NCBI GenBank assembly: GCA_008632985.1
Contig: QPGO01000171.1
Coordinates: forward strand, 62,001-126,000
DNA from: Psammoneis japonica
Taxonomy: Eukaryota
Length of the DNA: 64,000 bases
Reading direction: 5' to 3'
Positions within the stretch are counted from its first letter, which is position 1; each line of letters opens with the position of its first letter. The notes beneath the pieces were generated by a model, which did not search any database, was not told where the DNA came from, and was given only the letters and a program-made list of their open reading frames with translations. A program made the translations under genes and the position numbers. Shown here one piece after another: positions 12,535-24,006 of the stretch.

Positions 12535-14099
12535 ATGGTGTCGGAAGAAGGCGATGCGTTTGAATGCAAAACACCTGATGCTTTTTCCCATGAGGATGTG
12601 TTACTGGGTATAGGAGAGAATTCGGGATCAACACGGTATGGTTCTGGGCAAGAATTAGCGAGGGGTAGTATCCTTCATTTGTACGACGCGTCTTATCTGC
12701 GGGACCGTACTTCTGTAGAGTCGACTGGAAACAGGTCTTGGTGCCAGCAGCTCCGTTCTCTGCTTGGTAACGTAAACGTTTGTGTCTGGTTATTGACACT
12801 GACTTTGAGCTATTCATTGGAACGGGGATCGTTTAAACTCCTTGTCGACCGGACAGGACCGTTTCGTTTGTTTTCTGCATCCTTCATCTCTGCAGCGCAC
12901 GCCATCTTGCTTTTTGCTGCTTTCGCAGCCAAAGCCATTCGTTCTCGCACGGTCGACTTCAAGGCGTGTCTGCCGTTGGGCGATGTTGCTCGTAAGTTGC
13001 TTGCACCGTGGCATAGTTATTCGTTGCGCGAGTTACTCTAACTTACGAAGTTTGTTCGTCCGTACATGTTGCAGTTATATCAGTTCTTGATACAATGCAT
13101 TTACTCTTGTGTGTGGTGACCGGCTCTTATGTTGCCGCGCCGCTCACAGTGATTCTTGTTCAGTTCACTGTTGCTGTAACCGCCGTCTTTTCAAAATTTT
13201 CTCGCTCAGCCTCTTCTTTTCGCGGAAACAATTCTGTGCATGACGTATCTACATCTGCAGATACTGAAAGTCACGACAACAGAGTGTTGTCGAACCGCCG
13301 TGGACTCTTCTTCTGGCCGGAATGCACGAAGCTGTTCCATTTAGATATGTGGGGCGCCATCCTTATTTTTGCCTCCGTTACAGTTGGGTTGCTACCATCC
13401 TTTTTGTCAATCCATGGATGGAACGCTTTTTTCAAAGACGATGAGTTGGCCTTGCGATACTCTTACAATACCATCATCTTCACGCTGAGCTGTGTCCCTG
13501 CGGCTGCATCACAACTTTACAAGGCACATGCGCTGCTTCAATACCAGCAGCCAATAGAGTCAGACTCAATGGATTTGGTTCTTGCCATTTTTAAGTTCTG
13601 CTTCACAATGGTTATGTCTCCGCTTCTTTACCGTTTCCAAGGACTGGGTGCTGGATCGAACTGGATTTATCTATACCCAACGAAAGAATTCCGAAGAAAT
13701 TATGTGGACGCTCTCTCGTGTTTCTTCGCAACGCGCAATGATGAGGAGGCGGAATCTCTCTATCCAGAGCCTGCTCATTGCCGTTGGTCTTTGTCAATAT
13801 GCCTACTGCATGTTTTGTCTATGTTTGTGATAGGACATGCAGTGAACAGAATTGTTCATGCAAACGCTACGAAAGACATGTATAAATGCGTGACCGTTGG
13901 TGTTGTTCTCGCAGTATCGGTGATGTGCGTGTACGAGTACTCAGAATCCCTCTACAACCATGTCGGAGGCATAGAGACTTTGTATTTTTCCTCCGCATTT
14001 CTCGTTGTTGCCGGTCTCGAACTTTTTCACCGTTTTCGTCAGTGTGACCCTACGTATGAAACAGTTTACCCTGATCAAGGAAACTTGTACGAAGAATGA
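12535..14099 (+). CDS. Multi-pass membrane transporter, CRT-like/DMT superfamily; exons 12535-12991 and 13075-14099 (true 5' end may lie further upstream)
   Basis: An 83-nt GTAAGT...GCAG intron (12992-13074) joins two ORFs in frame (DVALISVLDTMHLLL). Many hydrophobic helices; motifs APLTVILVQ and SCVPAAASQLYK resemble CRT-like transporters. Normal TpA and CpG content. Confidence 0.7.
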
Positions 14100-14300
14100 G
14101 TTGCGGAAGTGACTGAGAAGCTATGCCGGTCTCCTGCACACATACTGTTCTTACCTATTGGAGGAAAACTAGGACTCAAACCTTGGAAGAGCAAACCATT
14201 CTAGCATTACTATTTTAATATGGGCTTCTATTATGCTCGTCAGATCACAGGCTCAGCTACTCCCTCTTTGGATAAGCATAAAACGGCGTAAAGTTCCGCT

Positions 14301-16339
14301 CTAACCGTCTGTCTTTTCCATTCTTACGGTCCGCAGCTCTTCGCGACGCAACGACCCTAAGACATCAGCGCAGTATCGAACAATAGTGTGGTGGACACTG
14401 CTGAATCCATCGTTCTCTTCCATATCACGAATGACACTCTCAAAGGCATTGTTATTCAAACTCCTACCCACTGCTTCATCTTCCAATTCTTGTTCAATGA
14501 TGTGCAATACCTCCAACGCCGTCCGCGCCCATTGCAAGAAGTGGTGGAGCACTTCTTTTTCGCCTTTCACCTGTATTTTCGCATGTCTCTTGTTACTGAA
14601 CCGTGGGTAAGACCTGTCATCGTGCAGGTCAACTAAGTCCTGCGAAAGCGTCGTTGGGTAAAGGGCCAGAGAACGGCTTACAACATCTGTCAAAAGCGTC
14701 ATTGCAGCTTTTTCATTATGCAAGCTGATTGGATGCCGGATGTCCCTGCATGTCTTATACAACGAAGACGAGGAAGGAGTCGCGATTGTTCTATTATCTG
14801 GTACACTCAGATATGCGCGGTTCGGGTTCACACAGTCACATGCAACAGCGCCACCCGCAGCAGTTCGTAGCTCCTCCTCGTTCAAGGAGATGGCGCGTAG
14901 GAAGCTGAAAAGAAGACGAGTATTCTCATTGTTGGACACGCATACTCGAACACGCTTGACCGGTGGAACGGGCATCACTAGGTGCCTGCTAGAACAACCA
15001 GTTGTCCTTGATAAGCTGTTACAATGCTCCAAAGCCGACGCAGAGACTACTATACCAGGTGTGGCACTAGGTTTGTGTGAAGCTATCTTCCCCCCAGCGA
15101 AGGAACAACCGGAGGCAGCACCGCCATCCCCTCGAGTCCAGAATTCCATCTTCTTCTCATGCAAAGGATCATCGTGAGCGATTCCCAGCTCAAGAGGTAC
15201 CTCATTCGGACAGAAACCATCTAGCTCCCTATTATCTTCGACTGCAAACCCGTAATTGAGCAAGAAGCGATGATTGCATTTCTGCCCATAGGAATCGTAA
15301 ACCTCAGCCCCGGGAGGGATTGCTTGGAGACTGAGGACAAAAAGAGAAATACAAAACAAAATAAGTCATGATAAGATCAATGAATTTAGGTCAAATGGCA
15401 TCGTTTCAAATCTCCACGCGGCAAAGGAACACGTACGTCGTGATGGTAAACGCTTGGCGGTCATCATCAAAAGTCCACTTCGTTTCACGCGGTCGGTAGT
15501 GATTCAACATATCTGCATGAGGCACCAAGGCTGAAGTCCGGTGCCCGTCAATTTGCAAGCCAAAATTACGACTGCAGACACACATGCGGGCCCACTTGAA
15601 CTCCTCAAGCGTGCATATGCTTTCTAGTTCAGGTGCTATCTGACAAATCGTCTTGTAGTCATCCGCGATGGCCACGTTCCGGTCGTTGATCTGCACAAGC
15701 AAATGAGATCCCTGAAGAAAGGAGAGTTCCTCTGGCGACCAAAATATGGGCATATTCTTAAGCGTCCGCGGCAAAATGTCGTAGTATGGATAGAAGAACG
15801 ACGATGTCCCGTTAACTTTGCGATCCCACAATAGATATATCATGAGGAAGATATGTTTAGGAGCATCAAGATCCAAATCAGAACTCAGGATAGCTTGACC
15901 AATCGGTGTCGCCTGCCCCATTTCAACCGTAATCAGGCATTTACGCGGAATTACCATGCACACGGAATTGGGGGGGATGTGAACTCGTGCGTGAACGCCT
16001 CGCATCTCGCTTTCCTCCCGCAGGTCACAAACTTCCTTCGGCTCTTTCTTCTCTTCCTCATCCATTTCAGAAAGTGAGCGCTTCACTGGGTCATATTCCC
16101 TTAGCTCCAACTGTTATGGACGCAAATTTCAATGTTCGAAATGATAACGTGAAGAGGACGTGTAAGCCGAGTCACAGCGGCAGGGACATGATTTGGGTTC
16201 AGCACTGGTGCTTGAAACTCACCGAGTCGAACTGAGCACCATTCTCTTTTAGCCAGGCTTCGAACCTATCGAACTTATCTCGGAGGGGCATGGAATGACT
16301 GGCGGGGTGAGTGCCCGACTTAACATGCATCGTCATCAT
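14301..16339 (-). CDS. SET-domain methyltransferase (SETD3/Rubisco-LSMT-like); exons 16339-16223, 16110-15437, 15330-14301
   Basis: Motifs FEAWLKENG, RGVHA, CSRNF, ALVPHADMLNHY, EVYDSYG..NHRFLLNYGF. Two GT-AG introns (16222-16111 and 15436-15331) keep the frame. The start could alternatively be the ATG at 16291. Confidence 0.88.
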
Positions 16340-16509
16340 CCACCCACGCACTCTATTCAAAGAACATCAACATGCAACCCTGCAAACCTGCCCACTCCGA
16401 ACTCCACACCGCTACTCTAGTAGCTACTAGAGCTATGTACCGTACAGTACCGTAGAAGTAGGGGCCTACAGTAGAGCCTACGCGATCATACCGTATCTAT
16501 CGTATCCTG

Positions 16510-16913
16510 CACCAGCGCAAATTCTGTGCGTCAGTGCGTCCCCTTTGCAGCAGGTGGGTCAGGAACAATTCTACATGATGATGAATGATGATGGAGATCT
16601 CCCAATCCGAAATTCCAGTGATGACAAAGAGAAACACATTGTCTGACAACAACCCAGGTGTGCTGTGTGTTTTTGTTGGTGAGAGATTGGCTTGACAACA
16701 ACCACAACCCAAAACATGAGGCAGCAGAGAAAAGAACAGCAGCAGAGGGCAGTGCAACACAGCTCCTTTTTTTGATGACAGAATGAAAGGTGAGGTGAAC
16801 AATCAGCATCTGTGGGGTTTGGCTTCTTTCATCCAGACTTGTTGCAATTGCTTTGACAGTGAGTGCAGCACAGCTGTGCTTTGTGCCCAACTTGCCGTGC
16901 TCTTGTGCATTTG
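16510..16913. repeat. Unclassified degenerate repeat, left part (target of element C)
   Basis: Abrupt switch to almost TpA-free, CpG-poor, TG/CA-rich sequence; continues at 24007 across the ATTTG TSD. Confidence 0.55.
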
Positions 16914-17189
16914 TGACAGGATTTGAACAGGATTTGGATGCGCGCGAAGCATCGCGCGCTGTTTAGTTTACCGCGCACAGTTTTGTGTGCTTTAGTTCCG
17001 CGCGTTCACGCGCGATGTAGTTTGCTTTCGAGCCACAAGGCTCACAAGAATAACAACAGTAGCCCGATTATACCGACTTACACGTCTTTCGGCTCCTGTG
17101 ACGGTCTCTGAGCGGAGACTCATCTGCTATTTAGACAGCAGTAAGGAGTTATTGTTTGAATTCTTGCCATTTGCCTTCATTTTCTGTCA
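16914..17189 (+). repeat. 5' LTR of element C
   Basis: TGACAGGATT...TTTTCTGTCA, direct repeat of 23731-24006. Confidence 0.97.
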
Positions 17190-17206
17190 GATTAACAGTC
17201 TTGCTC
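17190..17206 (+). promoter_or_regulatory. Putative primer-binding site complementary to a tRNA anticodon arm (Asn-GUU-like)
   Basis: GATTAACAGTCTTGCTC directly follows the LTR and is conserved in element B. Its reverse complement contains GA-CTGTTAA-TC, an anticodon stem-loop with GTT. Confidence 0.55.
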
Positions 17207-18112
17207 ATTGTCAACCCATTGAGCAACCGCCATCGTCGTCGTTGATTTACCAACGACGCTATTTCAATTCTACGTGGACCTCCGTATATATTCTACATAC
17301 ATCGGCAAGTCTACGCGCATCCAATACCAGGGCATCGGCAGGAAGTTAACGTCACCGTCAAGTCTCCTTACCGCTGGATATCTGGTTTGATTATACTACC
17401 TTTGATCGCTGAAGACATACATTCAACGGTCATATCCAAGTCTATCCTTGATCCTCATCCCTTGATATACCTGTTCATCGGTTAACGGTCAAGAACCCCA
17501 CATATTCAAGGATCTTCGTCGCTGAAGACATATATATATATACATATCTTCACGGCCAAGAACCTGTACCCACTCTTCGGACTACGGTTTTGCTGCCACT
17601 CTACAAGCACACCGAGTCCATTGTACCTGATCTACCCCGGACTGCTGGTGCTCTACAGTTCTACTAGGTCCACGAGGACGACTGTGAGAGCAAGCAGCCG
17701 TGATTACAGCCTACGTTGGGGCGAGGGTGCTTTCCCGCGTTTGTTCGTTCGTCCACAGTGCCTAACGCCTACGTCAACTGGCCAGCCTGATCGGGAAATC
17801 CAACCGATATAAAATAAGAACGGTTCGGGGGTCTTGTCCACCTCTGGCCAGCTTACCTGCAGGGGTTTACAACCCGCTACTCCGCTCGTAAGCAACCCAA
17901 AGTGCCACTGGCTGCGGGTTCGGACGTGCCGGCACAACTCTGCGGACCGGATAGGAAGTTTAGCACTTAACAACGAACGGGGTAACAAAGCCCGGCAACT
18001 TCTGATTTTAAGATAGTTCAAGATTTCAAGTCAAGTCCATTCTCACCCAAGTTTCGAGTCTACCTTCGCTTCCCAACCAGAATTGATTGTCCTGACACCA
18101 CTTTTGTCTACC

Positions 18113-21100
18113 ATGGTTCTCACTCGTCAGCAACAAACCGATGGTTTCGAGCACGTTGTTGGAACCGTGCTTGCCCAAGGTGCTGGGAGTCCTCTTCGTT
18201 TGGCTTTGGCCCAAGACGGCACGGACTCGCATCAGGAACTATTCACGTTCATGCCGTCCCAAATCGACTCGCTTGAGCACGACAACGGCACTGATGTGAT
18301 CCCTTTGCCCCGTGGTTATAAGAACATGTTAGCAGCACTGGTTAGCCTGTACATTGTCAAAGCACACAAAGGTCTTGACGTTGCCAACGACTCCTCTTTG
18401 TTCACGCATGACGAGTTCCTTGCCTGCCGCCTCAGCCCGGACTGCATGTCCTCTCTGTCCATCGGCAGCTCACCCCTTGCACCTCCACATGTCACCAACC
18501 CGACCAAGGCACGCGACCCGGTGCGAGACTTCAAGCGAGGCATCAAGCGTGATCCCACCGCTTTCACGGCTCTCAAATCCGACAAGCAGTGGCACACTTG
18601 GCACACCTCACTTGTGGCACAAGCCCGTGCCCAAGACGTCGAGTGCATTCTAGACTCGTCGTACAAACCGACCAGCCCCGAAGACAAACTGCTCTTTGCT
18701 GAACAGCAAAAGCACATGTTCGCCGTCTTCGAACGCATCCTTCTCACCGACAAGGGCAAGGCTCTCATTCGCGAAAATGTGGGGTCCTCTGACGCACAGA
18801 CCGTCTGCCGCTCCTTGTCTGAACACGCGCTTGCCTCCACCCGTGCATCCATTGAGTCCTCCACCCTGCTCACGTACCTCACCACCGCACGTCTTGGTGA
18901 TGGCACTTGGAAAGGTCCGACCCACAGGTTCATCCTTCATTGGCAAGATCAGTTGCGCAAGTGCGAGGCACTCATCCCCGCCAGCGACCACTTCTCTGAA
19001 GGACAGAAGCGCGTCATGCTCGAGAATGCCGTGCACCCTGTCGAGGAACTCCGTGCTGTCAAGAACCAAGCTGATCAGCATCGTACGCAGAGTGGCAAGA
19101 GCCTCACATACGATCAACACTGTGGCTTGCTCCTCTCCGCGGCAGCTCAGTGCGACAGCACGTTTCAACCCAAGACGACACCTCGAGCTCCCCGACGCGC
19201 CACATGCGCACACGACGTCCACTCCGAGGAACCGTCCGACGATGTGTTCTACGACATTGACAGCGACGTTGACGTCCTTCAAGCCAATGCTGCCTGCACC
19301 CGTGGTCCCAGCCTCACCGGTGTCCAATGGAGACGTCTCCCTCCCGACCACCAACGGCTCTGGGATTCGTTGCCCGATTCCTCCAAGGCGATCATCCTTG
19401 AGCACTCTCGTCCGCCTCCCCGCAACCCGCGAGCCAGCAACTACCATGAGTCTGTTACGGCCAACCTTCACGACCAACACCTTGGGAGTGACGGTGATGT
19501 CAACTTGTCCAACACGACTCCTGCTGACTGTGGTGACTCCGCTGCACATGTGGACGCCATTTCGGATGATCCTATCCTGGCGCACCTCACCAAGCGCAAG
19601 CCACTGCCACCCGGTGATCTGCAACGTCTGTTGTCTCCTAACCAAGCCCCCAATGCCAGTCGACCGGGGCCATCCGCCGCTTCCTCTACCCCGCCAGCTT
19701 CTGCAGATGACACAGAACTTAACGGCCGCACTTGCCGCCGCGTTAACAACCACAATGTCATTCACTCTGCCTCTGCTCATCGCTCCACACGCACTGGCGC
19801 TCTAGTCGATCGTGGGGCCAACGGCGGCATTGCTGGCGATGACGTCCGCGTCATCGCACGCACCTCTCGCCAAGTCGACGTTCAGGGCATTGACGATCAT
19901 CAATTGGTGGACATCCCCATTGTCACCGCTGGTGCCGTCATTGAGACCCAGCGTGGTCCCATCATCGCCATCCTCCATCAGTGCGCATGCACGGGAAAGG
20001 GCAAGACCATCCATTCCTGCGGCCAGCTCGAATGGTACAAACAGGATGTCAACGATCGCTCTGTCAAGGTGCCCAACGGCTTGCAACGCATTGCCACTCC
20101 TGATGGCTATGTCATCCCCATTGACATCAAGGCTGGCCTGCCTTATGTTGCCATGCGACCTTACACTGACGCCGAATGGGACACCCTGCCCCACGTCATC
20201 CTCACCGGTGATGACACATGGGACCCTTCCGTCCTCGATCACTCTGTCACTGACGATGACCAGTGGTACGACGCGATCTCTGACCTGCAGGACGATCCCA
20301 CTGCCAACCTATTTGACGAGTACGGCAACTACCGTCACCGTGTCGTTGTCAACGAGACCATCTTGTCCGCTTCCTTGTCTGCCGATCACGCGTCCGCCCT
20401 CGATGATCACCTCATTCCGAACGACGACGTGTTCTACGAGTGTCATCTGCATGCGATTGACCCCAAGGGCGATGACGTTCCACCTCCGGAGCGCACTGTA
20501 CAGCCCAAGGACCCCCCCTTCGAGTCTCTTCGGCCTTGCTTTGGCTTCCTGCCTGCCGATACGGTCCGTCGTACTTTTGACTGCACCACGCAGTACGCCC
20601 GCATGCCCGCCGGCACACACCTTCGCAAGGCCTACAAATCACCCAACCCCGCCCTTAATGTGCACCGCCGCAACGAGCCCATCGCCACTGACACCGTTTA
20701 TGCCGACACCCCGGCCGTCGACTCTGGTTGCACCAGCGCCCAACTGTTTGTTGGCACCGAGTCTACCGTCACTGACGTCTACGGCACTAAGACGGACAAA
20801 GAGTTTGTCAACACACTCGAGGATCAGATCCGTGAACGTGGTGCCCCATCCAAACTCATTAGCGACCGTGCTCAAGTTGAGATCAGCAACAAAGTGCTCG
20901 GGATCCTACGCGCCCTCTTCATCTCCAGCTGGCAAAGTGAGCCTCACCAGCAACACCAAAACTTTGCCGAGCGTCGACACCAGACTGTGAAGCGCATGGC
21001 GAACACTGTCATGGACCGTTTTGGTTCGCCCGCCCACACATGGCTGCTGGCGCTCATGTACGTGTGCTTCATGCTCAACCATACAGCGTCCCCACGTCTC

Positions 21101-23783
21101 CACTGGCGCACGCCCCTCGAGACTCTCACTGGATCCACCCCGGACATCAGCCCATTGCTTCGCTTTCACTGGTGGGAACCAGTGCACTTCCACCTCGATG
21201 ACTCCGATTGGCCGTCCGAATCTCGTGAGTTGCGTGGACGCTTCGTTGGCATTGCTGAGCACGTCGGCCACCAGATGACCTTCAAGATTCTATCTGACGA
21301 GACTCAGAAGATCCTCTACCGGTCCAACGTTCGCTCCGCCACCCCCGATCCTGCCGTTCGAAACCTGCGTCTTGATCCTCCTGATGGGGAGCCACCTGAA
21401 CCCATCATCAAATCTCGCCATGACGACAACCCCGTCGATTCTCCTGATGGGGAGATCAGGACACCCAAGATGCCAGTTTTCGATCCGCAAGACATCATTG
21501 GACGTACCTTCCTCATGCAGCCACAAGAGGACGGACAACGCCACAGAGCTCGCATCGTCAAGGCCATCGAAGACCACGAATGGAAAGTGAACGGCAATCC
21601 CGAGCTCACTAAGTTCGTCTGCTCTGTCAACAATGACGAATACGAGGAAGTCCTTGCCTACAATGACATCATGAATCACATTGAGCAAGAAGACGAAGAC
21701 ACCACTATTTGGAAATTTCGACGCATCGTGTCACACGAAGGCCCTCTGAAGCCTCACGACCCAACCTGGAAAGGCTCAAGCTACAACATCATGCTTGAAT
21801 GGGAAAGTGGGGAGATCACGTCCGAGCCTCTTGCCATCATCGCCAAGGACGACCCCGTCACCTGTGCCATCTATGCACGAGAGAACGGACTCCTCGACAC
21901 GGATGGATGGAAGCAGTTCCGCACCATCGCGAGGCGCCAAAAGAAGCTATTTCGCATGGCCAACCAAGCCAAGCTTCGCTCCTTCCGCACTGCACCTCGC
22001 TACAAGTACGGATACGAAGTTCCCCGGAACTACAAACACGCCATGTCACTAGACGAACGCAACGGCAACCGCAAGTGGGGAGACGCAACTAATCTCGAGA
22101 TGGACCAACTCGACGAATACGAAGTCTTCCATGACTGCGGGCCCTTCAAGTCTTCCACTCCTCCTGCGGGACACAAGAAGATCCGAGTGCACCTGGTGTA
22201 CGACGTGAAACACGACGGTCGCCACAAGGCACGACTCGTAGCCGACGGGCACCTCACGGACGTACCTGTCGACAGTGTCTACTCCGGAGTAGTCTCCCTT
22301 CGTGGCCTTCGGCTGATGATTTTCCTGGCCGAACTCAACGAGCTGGAGACATGGGCCACCGACATTGGCAATGCCTGCCTTGAAGCCACCACCAAGGAGA
22401 AGCTTTACATTGTAGCTGGACCCGAATTTGGCAAACTCGAAGGACACATCCTTGTCATCCACAAGGCACTGTATGGACTCCGCAGCTCCGGTCTCCGCTG
22501 GCACGAGCGCTTCGCCGACTGCCTGCGAGCTGAAGGCTTCTTCCCCTGCCGCGCCGAACCCGACATTTGGATGCGCAGGAACGGCGACCACTATGAATAC
22601 ATTGCCGTTTATGTGGATGACCTCGCCATTGCCATGAAGGACCCTCAATCTTTTTGTCGACACTCTCACGGAAAAGTGCAAGTTCAAGCTCAAGGGTACG
22701 GGACCCATTGAGTTCCATCTGGGTTGCGACTTTTCCCGGGACCCTGACGGAACCTTGTGCCTGTCTCCGCGCAAGTACATCGAGCGCATGGTCGACAGCT
22801 GCGCCCGACTGTTTGGGGAGAAACCTGCCACCAACGCCCTGTCACCTCTAGAGAAGGGTGACCACCCCGAACTGGACACTTCCGAACTGCTGGGACCCGA
22901 TGGCATTCACAAGTTCCAGTCTCTTGTTGGTTCACTCCAATGGGCAGTGTCCCTTGGTCGAATTGACATTGCCACGGCCATCATGTCACTCTCTAGCTTC
23001 CGAGCTGCGCCCCGTCAAGGCCACTTGGATCGTGCCAAACGCGTCTGTGGGCACCTCTCCAAGATGCGACACGGTGCTCTCCGCGTTCGCACGGAAGAGC
23101 CCGACTATTCGGATCTCCCTGCTCCGGCCTACGAATGGATGCATTCCGTGTATGGTGAAGCAGAAGAGATGATCCCGAAGGACGCTCCACCGCCCCTTGG
23201 CAAGTTCGTCACTACCACCCACTACGTCGATGCAAACTTGCACCATTGCATGCTCACCGGACGCTCTGTCATGGGAATGCTCCACTTCCTCAACAAATTC
23301 CCGGCTGATTGGTTCTCCAAGAAACAAGCCACCATGGAGACTGCAACCTACGGATCTGAATTTGTTGCCGCAAGGAATTGTGTTGAGCAGATTATCGACC
23401 TGCGCATCACCCTGCGCCACCTTGGCGTCCCGATCCGTAATGTCAGTTACATGTTCGGTGACAACAAGTCGGTTGTAGACAGTGCCACCATCCCGCACTC
23501 CAAGTTACACAAGCGACACACCGCACTATCGTTCCACCGTGTGCGTGAGGCAGTTGCCTCTGGTTACCTTGAGTTCCACTTCATCGAAGGCTCCCGCAAC
23601 CCTGCTGACATTCTCAGCAAGCATTGGGGTTGCTCCCAAATCTGGGACCTTCTCCGACCCCTCATGTTCTGGAACTTCATTCCATCCGAAGTCGAATCTG
23701 TTTCTGTGGCTCCTCAAGCAAACTGGGGAGTGACAGGATTTGAACAGGATTTGGATGCGCGCGAAGCATCGCGCGCTGTTTAG
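18113..23783 (+). CDS. gag-pol polyprotein of element C (gag, protease, integrase, RT, RNase H) with one +1 frameshift at 22651-22655
   Basis: ORFs 18083..22711 and 22755..23783. Motifs LVDRGANGG, SEPHQQHQNFAER, KARLVADG, KALYGLRSSG, YVDD, NPADILSKHW. Removing one T from the T5 run restores PQSFVDTLTEKCKFKLKG as in element B. Confidence 0.93.
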
Positions 23784-24006
23784 TTTACCGCGCACAGTTT
23801 TGTGTGCTTTAGTTCCGCGCGTTCACGCGCGATGTAGTTTGCTTTCGAGCCACAAGGCTCACAAGAATAATAACAGCAGCCCGATTGTGCCGACTTACAC
23901 GTCTTTCGGCTCCTGCAACGGTCTCTGAGCGGAGACTCATCTGCTATTTAGACAGCAGTGAGGAGCCATTGTTTGAATTCTTGCCATTTGCCTTCATTTT
24001 CTGTCA
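23731..24006 (+). repeat. 3' LTR of element C
   Basis: Follows the PPT AACTGGGGAG; direct repeat of 16914-17189. Confidence 0.97.

Larger units (their letters stand above)
16914..24006 (+). mobile_element. Near-intact Ty1/copia LTR retrotransposon C (diatom CoDi-like)
   Basis: TG...CA 276-bp LTRs with 267/276 identity, TSD ATTTG at 16909-16913 and 24007-24011, PPT at 23721-23730, single gag-pol. Confidence 0.97.

Noticed and set aside
16914..24006. Explaining the LTR differences by 5mCpG deamination or fungal-type RIP
   Set aside because: No CpG differs between the LTRs of C, the paralogous LTR shows TA as ancestral at the reciprocal site, and RIP would raise TpA whereas old repeats lack it.
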